From positions 22,289 to 77,848 of the forward strand of contig CAZFWM010000002.1 in the NCBI GenBank assembly GCA_964522545.1: a DNA stretch of 55,560 nt, in the 5' to 3' direction. The notes below the pieces were generated by a model. It was not told the origin of the DNA. It worked only from the letters and a program-made list of their open reading frames with translations, and made no database searches. Below are positions 7,549-16,410 of the stretch, one piece after another (the stretch's first letter is position 1; each line of letters opens with the position of its first letter). Both the position numbers and the translations under genes were made by a program. The stretch comes from an uncultured Thermodesulfobacteriota bacterium. Its GTDB lineage: Bacteria; Desulfobacterota; DSWW01; CAZFWM01.

Positions 7549-10500
7549 CTACTTCAGCGGGCCGATCTTATCTGCCTCGATCGGCAATGCTGTCAAGTAC
7601 ATCATTGGTACGTGCGTGTTGGTTACAAGCCTATCATCAATGCGGGCCGGATCCGGCACGAATCTGACAATACGTTGGAGACCCGTGGGGTTGGCCCTTA
7701 TCCAGTTAATTCGCCGGACATGCTTATCTAACTCATCCTTCGCCTCTCCTCGGAAGCGGCGGCAGATTTCGGCGACCTCGGCAACTGTCCGGGCAAGTTG
7801 CAAGCGCTTGCACTCGATGAGCTGAATTTCTCCACTAGTCTTCCACGCCAAGACATCGATATCACCGAGCTCGGCGGAACCACCCAGTTCAGTCATCTTT
7901 ACTTCATTACGCGCCTCCCATCCTTTCTCGCGCAGTTGATTAGCAACTGACCGAGCAAAGGCATAACCCCTCTCGCTGTTTACCGTTCCGATGTATTGTC
8001 TAATCTTCTGCGAAGTGAAGAACTCTTGTGGTAAATGCCCTTGTTCAGACCTCTCCAGCAGGTACCTGACTCCAAGCCTGAGTGCACCGGCCCCATAGAA
8101 TACCTTGTCATCGTCTTCCTTACCGAAGACAAGAATAGGTCTGGCTGTTGCGGAGAGCCTACGACGGAATCGCCAGGGATAAAGGTCTCTATTCCTGAAC
8201 CCCGGTGGCGGCCTCTCCCAGGCAGTACGATGGAAAATGCTAAAAGTTCGAATAAACGCTTCGCTGACATCAAGCGACAGGCTACGGGCTGTAGTCAGCA
8301 TCGTTTTGAGATCGCCTAGCGTTGTCTGCACAACAACGCTGTCGCATTCAACCGCTAAATCCAATAGCTCCGCCAACCCTTCAATCGCCTCGTCCGGCGT
8401 TAAACCAAACTCATTCTGAAATGCCCGAATGAAATCGGCAGAGAATGACTCGTCAGCTCGCGCTCGTTCACTGGGACGCTTGCTTTGATACAATTTGCTA
8501 TAGTCTCCTGCCGCAGCTTCGAATTTTTCGCGGAAGTAGCCAGTTAAGAACGGCTTGATGACGGTATCATAGAAACCACGCTTGATGGTGTACTCGCCAT
8601 TCGGATGTAGGTCGATTCGGGGTTCAATCAGATCGCTGTTGACCGCGTCAGAGTCCATTGCAACCTCGACTAGCAGTGCTGCTTTGGCCAGCAGTTCATC
8701 CAGTCCCCACCGAGAAAGCTGGCGGCCACCTGCCTCTGGACACTCACAGATGGCCATTTCTAGGATTGTGCGAGTGGGTAAAGAAACATTGTCCCGATCG
8801 GATTCCCGCTGCTGCGCGACCGTGAGGACGTCCTCCTCCGGCGCATACAAGGCAAGCACTGCCTGTGCGGTTCTGCGCCAGTGGTCACGGTCTTGGATAA
8901 CGGCTTCATGTACACCAAGGGCCTCACGGATCACCGACGCCCTATCGAGTTGCTGCAACAGTTCCCGGAGCTGGTTCCAGACCTTGTCTACAACCTTGTG
9001 CAGGAATTCATTGCACTCGGACTTTGACGCGCTACTGGTACCAAGCCGCGCTGCCGTACAACCTTCGGACAGCCTGAGCTTGGAGAAGACAAAATCCTCA
9101 TGAGCCAGAAAGATCGGCTTCTGACCTTGCCGCGCCAGCAAGTGCTCAATGGGGTAATACGTACGAAAGCGATGAATAACACGCATACCCGAGACACCGA
9201 TCACCCTGCTCATTAGGTCATCGAGGGCGATCTCGTCAACATCCCCCGTCACACCTTGATGCAGGCTAACAAGGCCTTTCGCAATGCCGTGCAGAACCAA
9301 CCTCTCACCTGTATTCTGAGGCTGCTGGAAATGCATGAGGAAATCAGATGGAAACTTGACCTCAGCGGTTCGCTGGTCGAGGTTGACAGCAACTTCTGGC
9401 TCGCCGATCGGAACGTCCGGCTGGGGTTCTACGTAGTCCACAGATACAACGACTTCGCCAAAGTTGAGGCGAATCTCTATTGCGCCGGCTGGCGCCTTTG
9501 GGTAAAGAGCTTCGACCTCGAACACTAGCCTGTCGTACAAGCCAATGAACCCAGACCACATCTCGTAGAGGAGGCGCCGGCTCTGCTCGTCACCCTCCCG
9601 TGGCTCTACCAGGAGCCAGCTTGGGCCGCGAGGTGTCTCCACCGCGCCTGCCAGCACGCCCGCCCGCAAATGACCCAGGCTTGCGTATATCGGGCGACCT
9701 TGCATGGACTTGAAGTACGCGTCCCTGCCGAACCGCATGACAGGTGAATATGAACCGGCTGTTGTCTGAAGGACATGGCGGTCCACCAGGTTTCTCACCT
9801 CCTCCCGGACAGGCAGGACCATGTCGTTACCAATGGAAAGCATAGAGCCTTGATCAACGGGCAGGTCACGCGGCACTAGCTGGTAGTGCAGGCGACGCCA
9901 GAAGCAATAGAAGTTGTAGTCACCATTAATATTCTGGAAGTAGACGCCCTCCCCCGTTGCCCATTCCTTCTGCTTGATGCATTTGAGGTAGCGTGTGATT
10001 GGTCGGTGGAACTCACCAGCTAACATGAGGAGGTCCGATATTCGAATAACCGACAAGCGCCACTGATCCGGCCAATCCTTGAAGCCCAGAGCAAACCCGC
10101 GGCCGAGGCCGCCCATCACCAGCAGCGTCATTCCTTCGGCGAAGTCTGGTAACGACCGACAGTGACTGGATGCTTTGCTCAGATATTCCTCGAGTCCTGC
10201 CCTTAGTTCCTCCGGGTACTCCATAAAACTGGAAAGGCCCTGGGCATCCAGCCAATCCATCCTGTCATGCAGTAGGACAACATGGAGATACTTGTTGATA
10301 TCGTACTTGAGCAACCAAGCGTGCAGTGAAGGCACTTTTCCGTCCGGTACTGGCGGCTCAAGAGAGTCGGTCTCCCCTTTCAACTCCCAGAGCCCTTCTC
10401 TCTCAACTTGGCGCGCCTGGCGGTTGGCGAGCGCGTCTGCGAACGTCTGAAGGTAGCCCATCCGCCCTAATTCAAATAGAACAAAGCGCCTGATTGCAGG

Positions 10501-11232
10501 ACTGACTGCGTGAGGCAAAGCAAGGACCAGTTCACCACCGAAGTCGACGAGAGGGCGTCTCTCCAGGGACGAGTGTCCGGTCGACTCCTCCGCGAGTGCT
10601 TGCTTGTCTTCATCCCGCAGGATAAACGGCTCCAATACCTGACGATTGATACCCAGCGCATCAAGTTCGCTGACTGTGAAGGTTATCGCGCGGGCCCGGT
10701 CTGCCACCTGGGTTGCCGGTGCCAATCTAATCGTACTTTTTGGGGTCGAAGACTCGATGTGCCATCTCCGCAGGTCGACCCGTTCGGCAACGCAGTCGCT
10801 TAGTTTCAGCAATGCAAATGCGGGAACCAACTGATCCCGCCATTTCTGTGGAGCCCTGCGGCTGCCCAGGGTTTCGAGGACTACCTGAACGAAGTAATCA
10901 TTTGATTCCCAGATACCTTCGAATACCCGCCGATTTCCTTCGGGAGTCTCTACATTGGTGACGTGGACGTCTTCGACAGGATCCTCGAGCAATGCAATCT
11001 GGGTTTTGCCGAGCTGCCTGTTCAGCCAGTGACCAATTTCAGTTAAGCCAGGCTTACGACGTCCGTGGCAGTGTGCCACGGCCAGGTGAACGAGGGTCTC
11101 TATACGGATTGTATTGGCCTGTAGGGCAGACGCTGTCAGTAGGCCTCCGAGTTGCGATACAGTAGACTTTAGATGGTACTTTCCAAGGAATCCTGCAATG
11201 CGTTTCAGCTCAAGAGCATTGAGTGGAACCAT
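7549..11232 (-). CDS. 1227-aa protein with C-terminal PD-(D/E)xK (NERD-like) nuclease domain
   Basis: Long uninterrupted ORF; C-terminal GDIDVLAW...IQLIECKRL motif; the N-terminal ~1080 aa are not recognisable by eye. Confidence 0.8.
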   Translation of the reverse strand: MVPLNALELKRIAGFLGKYHLKSTVSQLGGLLTASALQANTIRIETLVHLAVAHCHGRRKPGLTEIGHWLNRQLGKTQIALLEDPVEDVHVTNVETPEGNRRVFEGIWESNDYFVQVVLETLGSRRAPQKWRDQLVPAFALLKLSDCVAERVDLRRWHIESSTPKSTIRLAPATQVADRARAITFTVSELDALGINRQVLEPFILRDEDKQALAEESTGHSSLERRPLVDFGGELVLALPHAVSPAIRRFVLFELGRMGYLQTFADALANRQARQVEREGLWELKGETDSLEPPVPDGKVPSLHAWLLKYDINKYLHVVLLHDRMDWLDAQGLSSFMEYPEELRAGLEEYLSKASSHCRSLPDFAEGMTLLVMGGLGRGFALGFKDWPDQWRLSVIRISDLLMLAGEFHRPITRYLKCIKQKEWATGEGVYFQNINGDYNFYCFWRRLHYQLVPRDLPVDQGSMLSIGNDMVLPVREEVRNLVDRHVLQTTAGSYSPVMRFGRDAYFKSMQGRPIYASLGHLRAGVLAGAVETPRGPSWLLVEPREGDEQSRRLLYEMWSGFIGLYDRLVFEVEALYPKAPAGAIEIRLNFGEVVVSVDYVEPQPDVPIGEPEVAVNLDQRTAEVKFPSDFLMHFQQPQNTGERLVLHGIAKGLVSLHQGVTGDVDEIALDDLMSRVIGVSGMRVIHRFRTYYPIEHLLARQGQKPIFLAHEDFVFSKLRLSEGCTAARLGTSSASKSECNEFLHKVVDKVWNQLRELLQQLDRASVIREALGVHEAVIQDRDHWRRTAQAVLALYAPEEDVLTVAQQRESDRDNVSLPTRTILEMAICECPEAGGRQLSRWGLDELLAKAALLVEVAMDSDAVNSDLIEPRIDLHPNGEYTIKRGFYDTVIKPFLTGYFREKFEAAAGDYSKLYQSKRPSERARADESFSADFIRAFQNEFGLTPDEAIEGLAELLDLAVECDSVVVQTTLGDLKTMLTTARSLSLDVSEAFIRTFSIFHRTAWERPPPGFRNRDLYPWRFRRRLSATARPILVFGKEDDDKVFYGAGALRLGVRYLLERSEQGHLPQEFFTSQKIRQYIGTVNSERGYAFARSVANQLREKGWEARNEVKMTELGGSAELGDIDVLAWKTSGEIQLIECKRLQLARTVAEVAEICRRFRGEAKDELDKHVRRINWIRANPTGLQRIVRFVPDPARIDDRLVTNTHVPMMYLTALPIEADKIGPLK

Positions 11233-11331
11233 CCCCGCACCTAACGATGTCTTATGGTGACCTGGAGAGCGCTTGGGCGACCTCCTCTGACCAAAAGGAG
11301 GTATTCAAGTAATCGCCGCGTTACTCGAACC

Positions 11332-11394
11332 GCATAACGTCCTGGGCGATCAGCAGCGACGCGAAGCGTCGTCGACTGCATCGCCGGGTTGGGC
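11332..11394 (-). other. attC site
   Basis: Minus strand GCCCAAC-CCGGC-GATGCAGT-(gacgc ttc gcgtc stem)-GCTGATC-gcccaggac-GTTATGC. Confidence 0.85.
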
Positions 11395-12174
11395 AGCACG
11401 CCCGTCAGTCTCAAGAGACGGTACCGATCGAGGGTTGTCAGATCCGTACCGGTAACACAAGTGCTGCATAGTAAAGCCCTCAAGTTCCGCGAACTGATAA
11501 GGATTTGTATGAATACCCCCCGGGATCTCAAGCCACTTCCGAACTGTCTGGATGAATACTGACAGGCTCTTCGCCTTTGGGCTACCGCTCTCTTCGATTG
11601 GATAGTGGCCGTACGGACGACGCCCCTTCTCCGGCAGGAATTCGAACGCTCCTTGGGCCAGGGAGACAACTAGAAGTGGATACTCGAGCTGTTCATCACG
11701 AAGGCCCACGTCGCGATACCAACGGCCGAGGAGCCCTGGCGTCAGCTTTGGCGAGTCGAACGCAAATAAAAACGTTGCAACGTAACTGTTGCGCGCCGTA
11801 GCTGCCTTCTTGAACGATTGCAGGTTCGTCAGCCCTTCCCTGAACGCTCGCTTGTCAAGAATGGTCTTGACCTCAATGACGCGCTTCAGCGCCTCTGGCT
11901 GGACGACGACCAGGTCTCCCAACCGAAAGAGGTAAGGCGCTGGATAGTGTTCATCGACAAAGAGTATGTCGCCTTGCTTCGACACGAACCCATCGGGGCA
12001 GTATGCGAATCCCGTACGAAGTGAGTGCCTCCCGGACAGCATCGGGCGGAGAGACTCCCTCAGTATCTGCTCATGATGCTCGCCAATTGACGGGTTGTGA
12101 TGTGTGAACTCGCGCAACCTCTCAAGCTGGGAGAGCATCTCCCTCGCCATTCCCTCGTAGAGCTTTGCGTTCAC
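11350..12174 (-). CDS. DUF6602 / NucC-like restriction-endonuclease-fold protein
   Basis: HNPSIGEHHEQILRESL...TGF...SKQGDILFVD...VIEVKT pattern; stop lies inside the attC. Start taken as GTG 12174 (AGGTGA RBS); the track gives GTG 12213. Confidence 0.75.
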   Translation of the reverse strand: MNAKLYEGMAREMLSQLERLREFTHHNPSIGEHHEQILRESLRPMLSGRHSLRTGFAYCPDGFVSKQGDILFVDEHYPAPYLFRLGDLVVVQPEALKRVIEVKTILDKRAFREGLTNLQSFKKAATARNSYVATFLFAFDSPKLTPGLLGRWYRDVGLRDEQLEYPLLVVSLAQGAFEFLPEKGRRPYGHYPIEESGSPKAKSLSVFIQTVRKWLEIPGGIHTNPYQFAELEGFTMQHLCYRYGSDNPRSVPSLETDGRAAQPGDAVDDASRRC

Positions 12175-12577
12175 GCTTTCACCTGTCTGCCCTAGTCCAT
12201 ATCGAGTTTCCACGTATGAGCCTTTTATCTTCCTTCCAGCTATATATAGCTCCAGAGCCGTTTAGTCAACTAATCAAAATTACAATATATTCCAGAGAAT
12301 TGAACCCACACTTCGGGGTTATAGGTAGTTTCTACTTAACTCCAATGGGTGATATAAATCAAATTTTATCCACCGGGCTGCGTACACCTTTGCCTCCCCT
12401 GTTTAGCACGTGAATGAAAATTATCATTCTCTGCGCCTCTGCGCGAGGTCCAGATCTTTCGTTCAATCTCTCTCATTTCGACCGCTTCCTACTGAGATTT
12501 CAACCGGAAGGAGAAATCGTACATGAATCAGAATCAGACGACCGCCGGCGGCGAGCCGGTGGTCGTCTGATTCTGAT

Positions 12578-12594
12578 TGGGCAATTTCTGCCCA
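12578..12594. promoter_or_regulatory. Candidate sigma54-activator binding site (copy 1)
   Basis: Palindrome TGGGCA-atttc-TGCCCA starting 147 bp upstream of the -24 GG. Confidence 0.5.
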
Positions 12595-12722
12595 GGATCC
12601 GGCAAAGGGCCGAACGGATATTTCCCTTACAGTTAAAACCGGCCCGGGAGGTGACTTTTAAAATAGTCTTGAATTACAGTTGGTTGCATCTGTTTTGCCC
12701 ACCCTTCTGACTCCCTGCAAGC

Positions 12723-12739
12723 TTGGCATACTGATTGCT
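12723..12739 (+). promoter_or_regulatory. Sigma54 promoter (duplicated flgF promoter)
   Basis: TTGGCATACTGATTGCT, GG-N10-GC. Confidence 0.8.
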
Positions 12740-12821
12740 CAGGACTCTCTGTGGATTTCAGATTAAAGATGACCTAAAGACCGGGGGTCTCCCCCCTCTC
12801 CTCTTCCGGAGGGATAGCTGA

Positions 12822-14018
12822 ATGGACAACGGAATCTATGCCGCACTCACCGGATACCTGGCCCAAGCAAGGCGCCTCGACCTGATGTCGAACAACCTTG
12901 CGAACGCCAATACGGCCGGCTTCAAAGATGAAAAATTATTTTTTAATGGTATTGTGATGTTGGGTATTGATAAATTAAGAACTCAAGATCAGAATCCGAA
13001 TAAATCTAAATGTCTAGAAAAAGGATTTGATATATTTAATAAATCAATCCAAGACACGCCACATTATAAGTTGGTGAAGGAATTTTGTGAAAGTCCTGAT
13101 TTTAATATTGAAGATAGTGAATATTGCAAGCTTGTTGATTTTGTATTATCTATAAGTAAGAAGCCATATATACATAATGAGCGTGAAATAATAGAATCTG
13201 GGTTAAAAAGAGCAAAAGATTATCTTGACTTATATAAGCGGATGAAGTTAGACAAGAAAGTTGAGCCGATAAAAGTAAAAGCACTGTTTAATGGAGATTA
13301 CATAATTACAGATGGTTTGCATAGGGTTGCTATAGCATTGGTTATGGGGCATGAGACTGTACCTGTAGAGATAATTGAAGTTGATGATCAGATAAATGCA
13401 ATGCTAGAAAGGCTTATGACAGAATATCCTGTTGGAAGAAGATTATATATCCCAATAGAGCATCCAATATTTAGCAATTGGAAACTTCTGAGAGATGATA
13501 CAAGATGGAAATTGATGTCTAGTGCATTTGATTGGAAGGGTAAAAAAGTATTGGATATTGGTTGTTATACAGGATATTTTTCGCATAAAATTGCAAAAAA
13601 AGGGGGAATTGTTATCGGAGTAGAGACAGATGTAACTAAATTAAGGGTAGCTAAAGAAGAAAATAGTCTGTTAAAATTAGATGTAGAGTTTATTCTTGGA
13701 AGTTTTGATACGTATATCAAAGGAAAACAATTTGACTGTGTCATATTCTTCAGTGTATTGCACTGGATACTTAAGGATAAAGGGATTGAAGGAGTTAAAG
13801 AATCTTTAACATTAATATCAGTTTCCTCACCAGTCATGTTTTTTGATATGGGCCAAAATAATGAGGAAAAGATGAGAACTGAAGAATGGAACCATGGAAT
13901 GACAATTGACAAAGATACAATACCTGGATTAATTATAGGAAATTCAGGCTATACAGATTTCAAACATTTAGGCACAAGCGACTCAGGAAGAGATGTTTTT
14001 AAATTTTGGAGAAGATGA
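12822..14018 (+). CDS. Chimera: FlgF N-terminus (35 aa) + ParB/Srx-like domain + class I SAM methyltransferase
   Basis: MDNGIY...[13 protein letters not shown], then an abrupt switch to AT-rich DNA; PIKV...YIITDGLHR (ParB/Srx) and KVLDIGCYTGYFS (SAM motif I). Confidence 0.8.
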   Translation: MDNGIYAALTGYLAQARRLDLMSNNLANANTAGFKDEKLFFNGIVMLGIDKLRTQDQNPNKSKCLEKGFDIFNKSIQDTPHYKLVKEFCESPDFNIEDSEYCKLVDFVLSISKKPYIHNEREIIESGLKRAKDYLDLYKRMKLDKKVEPIKVKALFNGDYIITDGLHRVAIALVMGHETVPVEIIEVDDQINAMLERLMTEYPVGRRLYIPIEHPIFSNWKLLRDDTRWKLMSSAFDWKGKKVLDIGCYTGYFSHKIAKKGGIVIGVETDVTKLRVAKEENSLLKLDVEFILGSFDTYIKGKQFDCVIFFSVLHWILKDKGIEGVKESLTLISVSSPVMFFDMGQNNEEKMRTEEWNHGMTIDKDTIPGLIIGNSGYTDFKHLGTSDSGRDVFKFWRR

Positions 14019-14501
14019 ATAAATAGGTGGTTAGTAAATGGGTCATGTAATTGATGAAAGATTAAACAAGCACGTCAGGCCTACAGCCGATTTGTTCAAA
14101 CCGTCCTTGACCGAACAGAACCCCTGGCCAAAGCCTTATAGATAGGGTACTCTTGATCCAGGACACTCAAATTGCCAAAATAGCGGACAGAATTTCTGAG
14201 ACGCGATACTAGACTGCTCATGAGCCAAAATTCTCCAATGGCTGAATCCAAAACAATCCACCGGAATTTCTTGGACGTTTTGTTCCTGCTCTCCATCTCG
14301 GGCATATAGTACTTAATACGGCGGAGCAGCAACCGGACAATTTTCCCTCATTCTCTGAGCCTCTGCTCGAGGTCCAGATCTTCCGTTCAATCTCTCTCAT
14401 TTCGACCGCTTCCTACTGAGATTTCAACCGGAAGGAGAAATCGTACATGAATCAGAATCAGACGACCGCCGGCGGCGAGCCGGTGGTCGTCTGATTCTGA
14501 T

Positions 14502-14518
14502 TGGGCAATTTCTGCCCA
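14502..14518. promoter_or_regulatory. Candidate sigma54-activator binding site (copy 2)
   Basis: TGGGCAATTTCTGCCCA, identical to copy 1. Confidence 0.5.
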
Positions 14519-14646
14519 GGATCCGGCAAAGGGCCGAACGGATATTTCCCTTACAGTTAAAACCGGCCCGGGAGGTGACTTTTAAAATAGTCTTGAATTC
14601 CAGCAAGTTACATCTGTTTTGCCCGCCTCTCTAACTCCCTGCAAGC

Positions 14647-14663
14647 TTGGCATACCGATTGCT
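14647..14663 (+). promoter_or_regulatory. Sigma54 promoter of the flgF operon
   Basis: TTGGCATACCGATTGCT, GG-N10-GC. Confidence 0.85.
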
Positions 14664-14745
14664 CAGGACTCTCTGTGGATTTCAGATAAAAAATGACCTA
14701 AAGACCGGGGGGCTCCCCCCTCTCCTCTTCCGGAGGGATAGCTGA

Positions 14746-15528
14746 ATGGACAACGGAATCTATGCTGCACTCACCGGATGCCTGGCCCAGGTAAGGCGCC
14801 TCGACCTGATGTCGAACAACCTTGCAAACGCCAACACGGCCGGCTTTAAAGTAGACACGCCGGTGTTCGAGCAGTTCAATACACCGAAACCGGCCACGGT
14901 TCAAGGTCCCTTCGTGGCCGAATCCATGAATGAGGCCTATGTCATGGGAGCAACGCCACGCCAGAACCAGTACGCCGCCTGCGCGGGGACGATCACCGAT
15001 CACTCCCCCGGCCCTTTGAATGAGACCGGAGGGAGCCTCGATATGGCAATCAAGGGGAAGGGATTTTTCGCGATCGAGACCCCGGGGGGGGAGCGTTACA
15101 CACGCAATGGATGCTTCAGCCGCAGCTCGGAAGGGGATCTCGTCACGGCCGAGGGCCACGCCGTCCTGAACACCAACGGGGAGCGCATCAACCTGTCTGA
15201 ATCCGGAGAGGTGATTGTTCAGAAAGACGGGCTGATCCTTCAGGACGACAATCCTGTCGGCTCCCTCCGGATCGTGGACTTCCCCGACAAGTTGGTCTTG
15301 GAGAAAGAGGGGGACAATTGCTTCAAATACAACGGGAATACCCCCCCCGCCGGTCCCGATGAGATCCACGTGCTCCAGGGCTGCTATGAGCGCTCCAATG
15401 TCAACGTGGTTAAAGGGATCGTGACCATGATCGAGGTGACCCGCCAGTTCGGGGCATACCAGAAGGTCATCTCCTTTCTGAAGAACGCCGAGTCCCGCTG
15501 TATCAATGAAGTAGGAAAGCTCGCATGA
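14746..15528 (+). CDS. flgF: Flagellar basal-body rod protein FlgF
   Basis: [32 protein letters not shown] and ERSNVN; precedes flgG. Confidence 0.93.
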   Translation: MDNGIYAALTGCLAQVRRLDLMSNNLANANTAGFKVDTPVFEQFNTPKPATVQGPFVAESMNEAYVMGATPRQNQYAACAGTITDHSPGPLNETGGSLDMAIKGKGFFAIETPGGERYTRNGCFSRSSEGDLVTAEGHAVLNTNGERINLSESGEVIVQKDGLILQDDNPVGSLRIVDFPDKLVLEKEGDNCFKYNGNTPPAGPDEIHVLQGCYERSNVNVVKGIVTMIEVTRQFGAYQKVISFLKNAESRCINEVGKLA

Positions 15529-15556
15529 TCCATCCAGCAACAAGGAGGTCCGTAAA

Positions 15557-16342
15557 ATGATACGCGCCTTATTCACCGCCGCCACCGGAATGGAAGCGGA
15601 ACAGACCAAGATAGACAATATCTCCCACAACCTGGCCAACGTGAACACGGCCGGCTACAAACGGGGCCGGGTCGACTTTCAGGACCTTCTCTACGAGACG
15701 ATCAAGATGCCCGGTCTCACCGCATTCGTCGGATCCGAGAATCCCACGGGGATCCAGATCGGCCAGGGCACCCGGGTCGTGGCGATCAGCAAAATCCACA
15801 GCCAGGGCGGGTTCCACGAGACCCAGAACGAGCTCGACCTCGCCGTCGAGGGGGACGGACTCTTCCAGATCACTTTGCCCGACGGGACGATCGCCTACAC
15901 CCGGTCCGGAAGCTTCAAGATCAACAGCACCGGCACGATCGTCAACTCCGACGGCTATACCCTGGATCCCGCCGTCACCATCCCGGACGACACGCTGCGC
16001 ATCAACATCGGCTCCGACGGCACGGTCTCGGTCCTGACGGCTGGAACGGAAACCCCCACCGAGGTGGGGAACATCGAGCTGGTGAAGTTCATCAATCCCG
16101 CGGGGCTCAGGGCCGTGGGGCGGAACCTCTTCCTCCCCACCCAGGCATCCGGCACACCGGTTCCCGGCACGCCGGGCGAGACCGGGCTCGGCACCATCGC
16201 CCAGGGATTTCTCGAGAACTCCAACGTCAACATCGCCGAGGAGATGGTCAACATGATCATCGCCCAGCGGGCCTACGAGACGAACTCCAAGGTGATCCAG
16301 TCGGCCAATGAGATGCTGCAGACCGCGAATCAGTTGAGATAG
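15557..16342 (+). CDS. flgG: Flagellar distal rod protein FlgG
   Basis: [44 protein letters not shown]. Confidence 0.97.
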   Translation: MIRALFTAATGMEAEQTKIDNISHNLANVNTAGYKRGRVDFQDLLYETIKMPGLTAFVGSENPTGIQIGQGTRVVAISKIHSQGGFHETQNELDLAVEGDGLFQITLPDGTIAYTRSGSFKINSTGTIVNSDGYTLDPAVTIPDDTLRINIGSDGTVSVLTAGTETPTEVGNIELVKFINPAGLRAVGRNLFLPTQASGTPVPGTPGETGLGTIAQGFLENSNVNIAEEMVNMIIAQRAYETNSKVIQSANEMLQTANQLR

Positions 16343-16359
16343 GGCGGGCCGTGCCCGCC
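16340..16359 (+). repeat. REP-like element TAGGGCGGGCCGTGCCCGCC
   Basis: The same 20-mer occurs at 33576..33595 (minus) and 39234..39253; a variant is at 32035..32054. Confidence 0.75.
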
Positions 16360-16410
16360 AAGGCTTGAGGCCTGTGGCTTGAGGCATGGGGCCTGAGAAA
16401 CACGAGAAAC

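Larger units (their letters stand above)
5577..12195 (-). mobile_element. Array of three integron-type gene cassettes, no integrase in window (CALIN-like)
   Basis: Co-oriented genes separated by attC sites. The second and third cassettes begin with a GTT core complementary over 8 nt to the R'' of their own attC (GTTATGCG, GTTGGGCT); the first cassette's start is degenerate. Composition differs from the flanking flagellar genes. Confidence 0.8.
12424..12927 (+). repeat. Copy 1 of a 504-bp direct repeat (flgF upstream region + first 35 codons)
   Basis: Colinear with 14348..14851 at an offset of 1924 bp; no indels, about 23 substitutions by manual count. Confidence 0.95.
14348..14851 (+). repeat. 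Copy 2 of the 504-bp direct repeat (native flgF promoter and 5' end)
   Basis: Matches 12424..12927. Confidence 0.95.

Noticed and set aside
5901-7667. 588-aa plus-strand ORF
   Set aside because: Antisense shadow of the deaminase gene, which has clear motifs.
11240-11330. Extra GTTAGGT core and small hairpin upstream of the 1227-aa gene as another attC
   Set aside because: No matching R''/L boxes; at most a remnant.
12822-14018. Annotating this ORF as a second flgF
   Set aside because: Only the first 35 residues are FlgF-derived.
14096-14400. Short minus-strand ORFs between the chimera and flgF
   Set aside because: No motifs or convincing RBS; one overlaps the duplicated non-coding region.
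12424-14851. Duplication as an assembly artefact or IS target-site duplication
   Set aside because: The copies differ at about 23 positions, 504 bp is far longer than a target-site duplication, and no transposase or terminal inverted repeats are seen.
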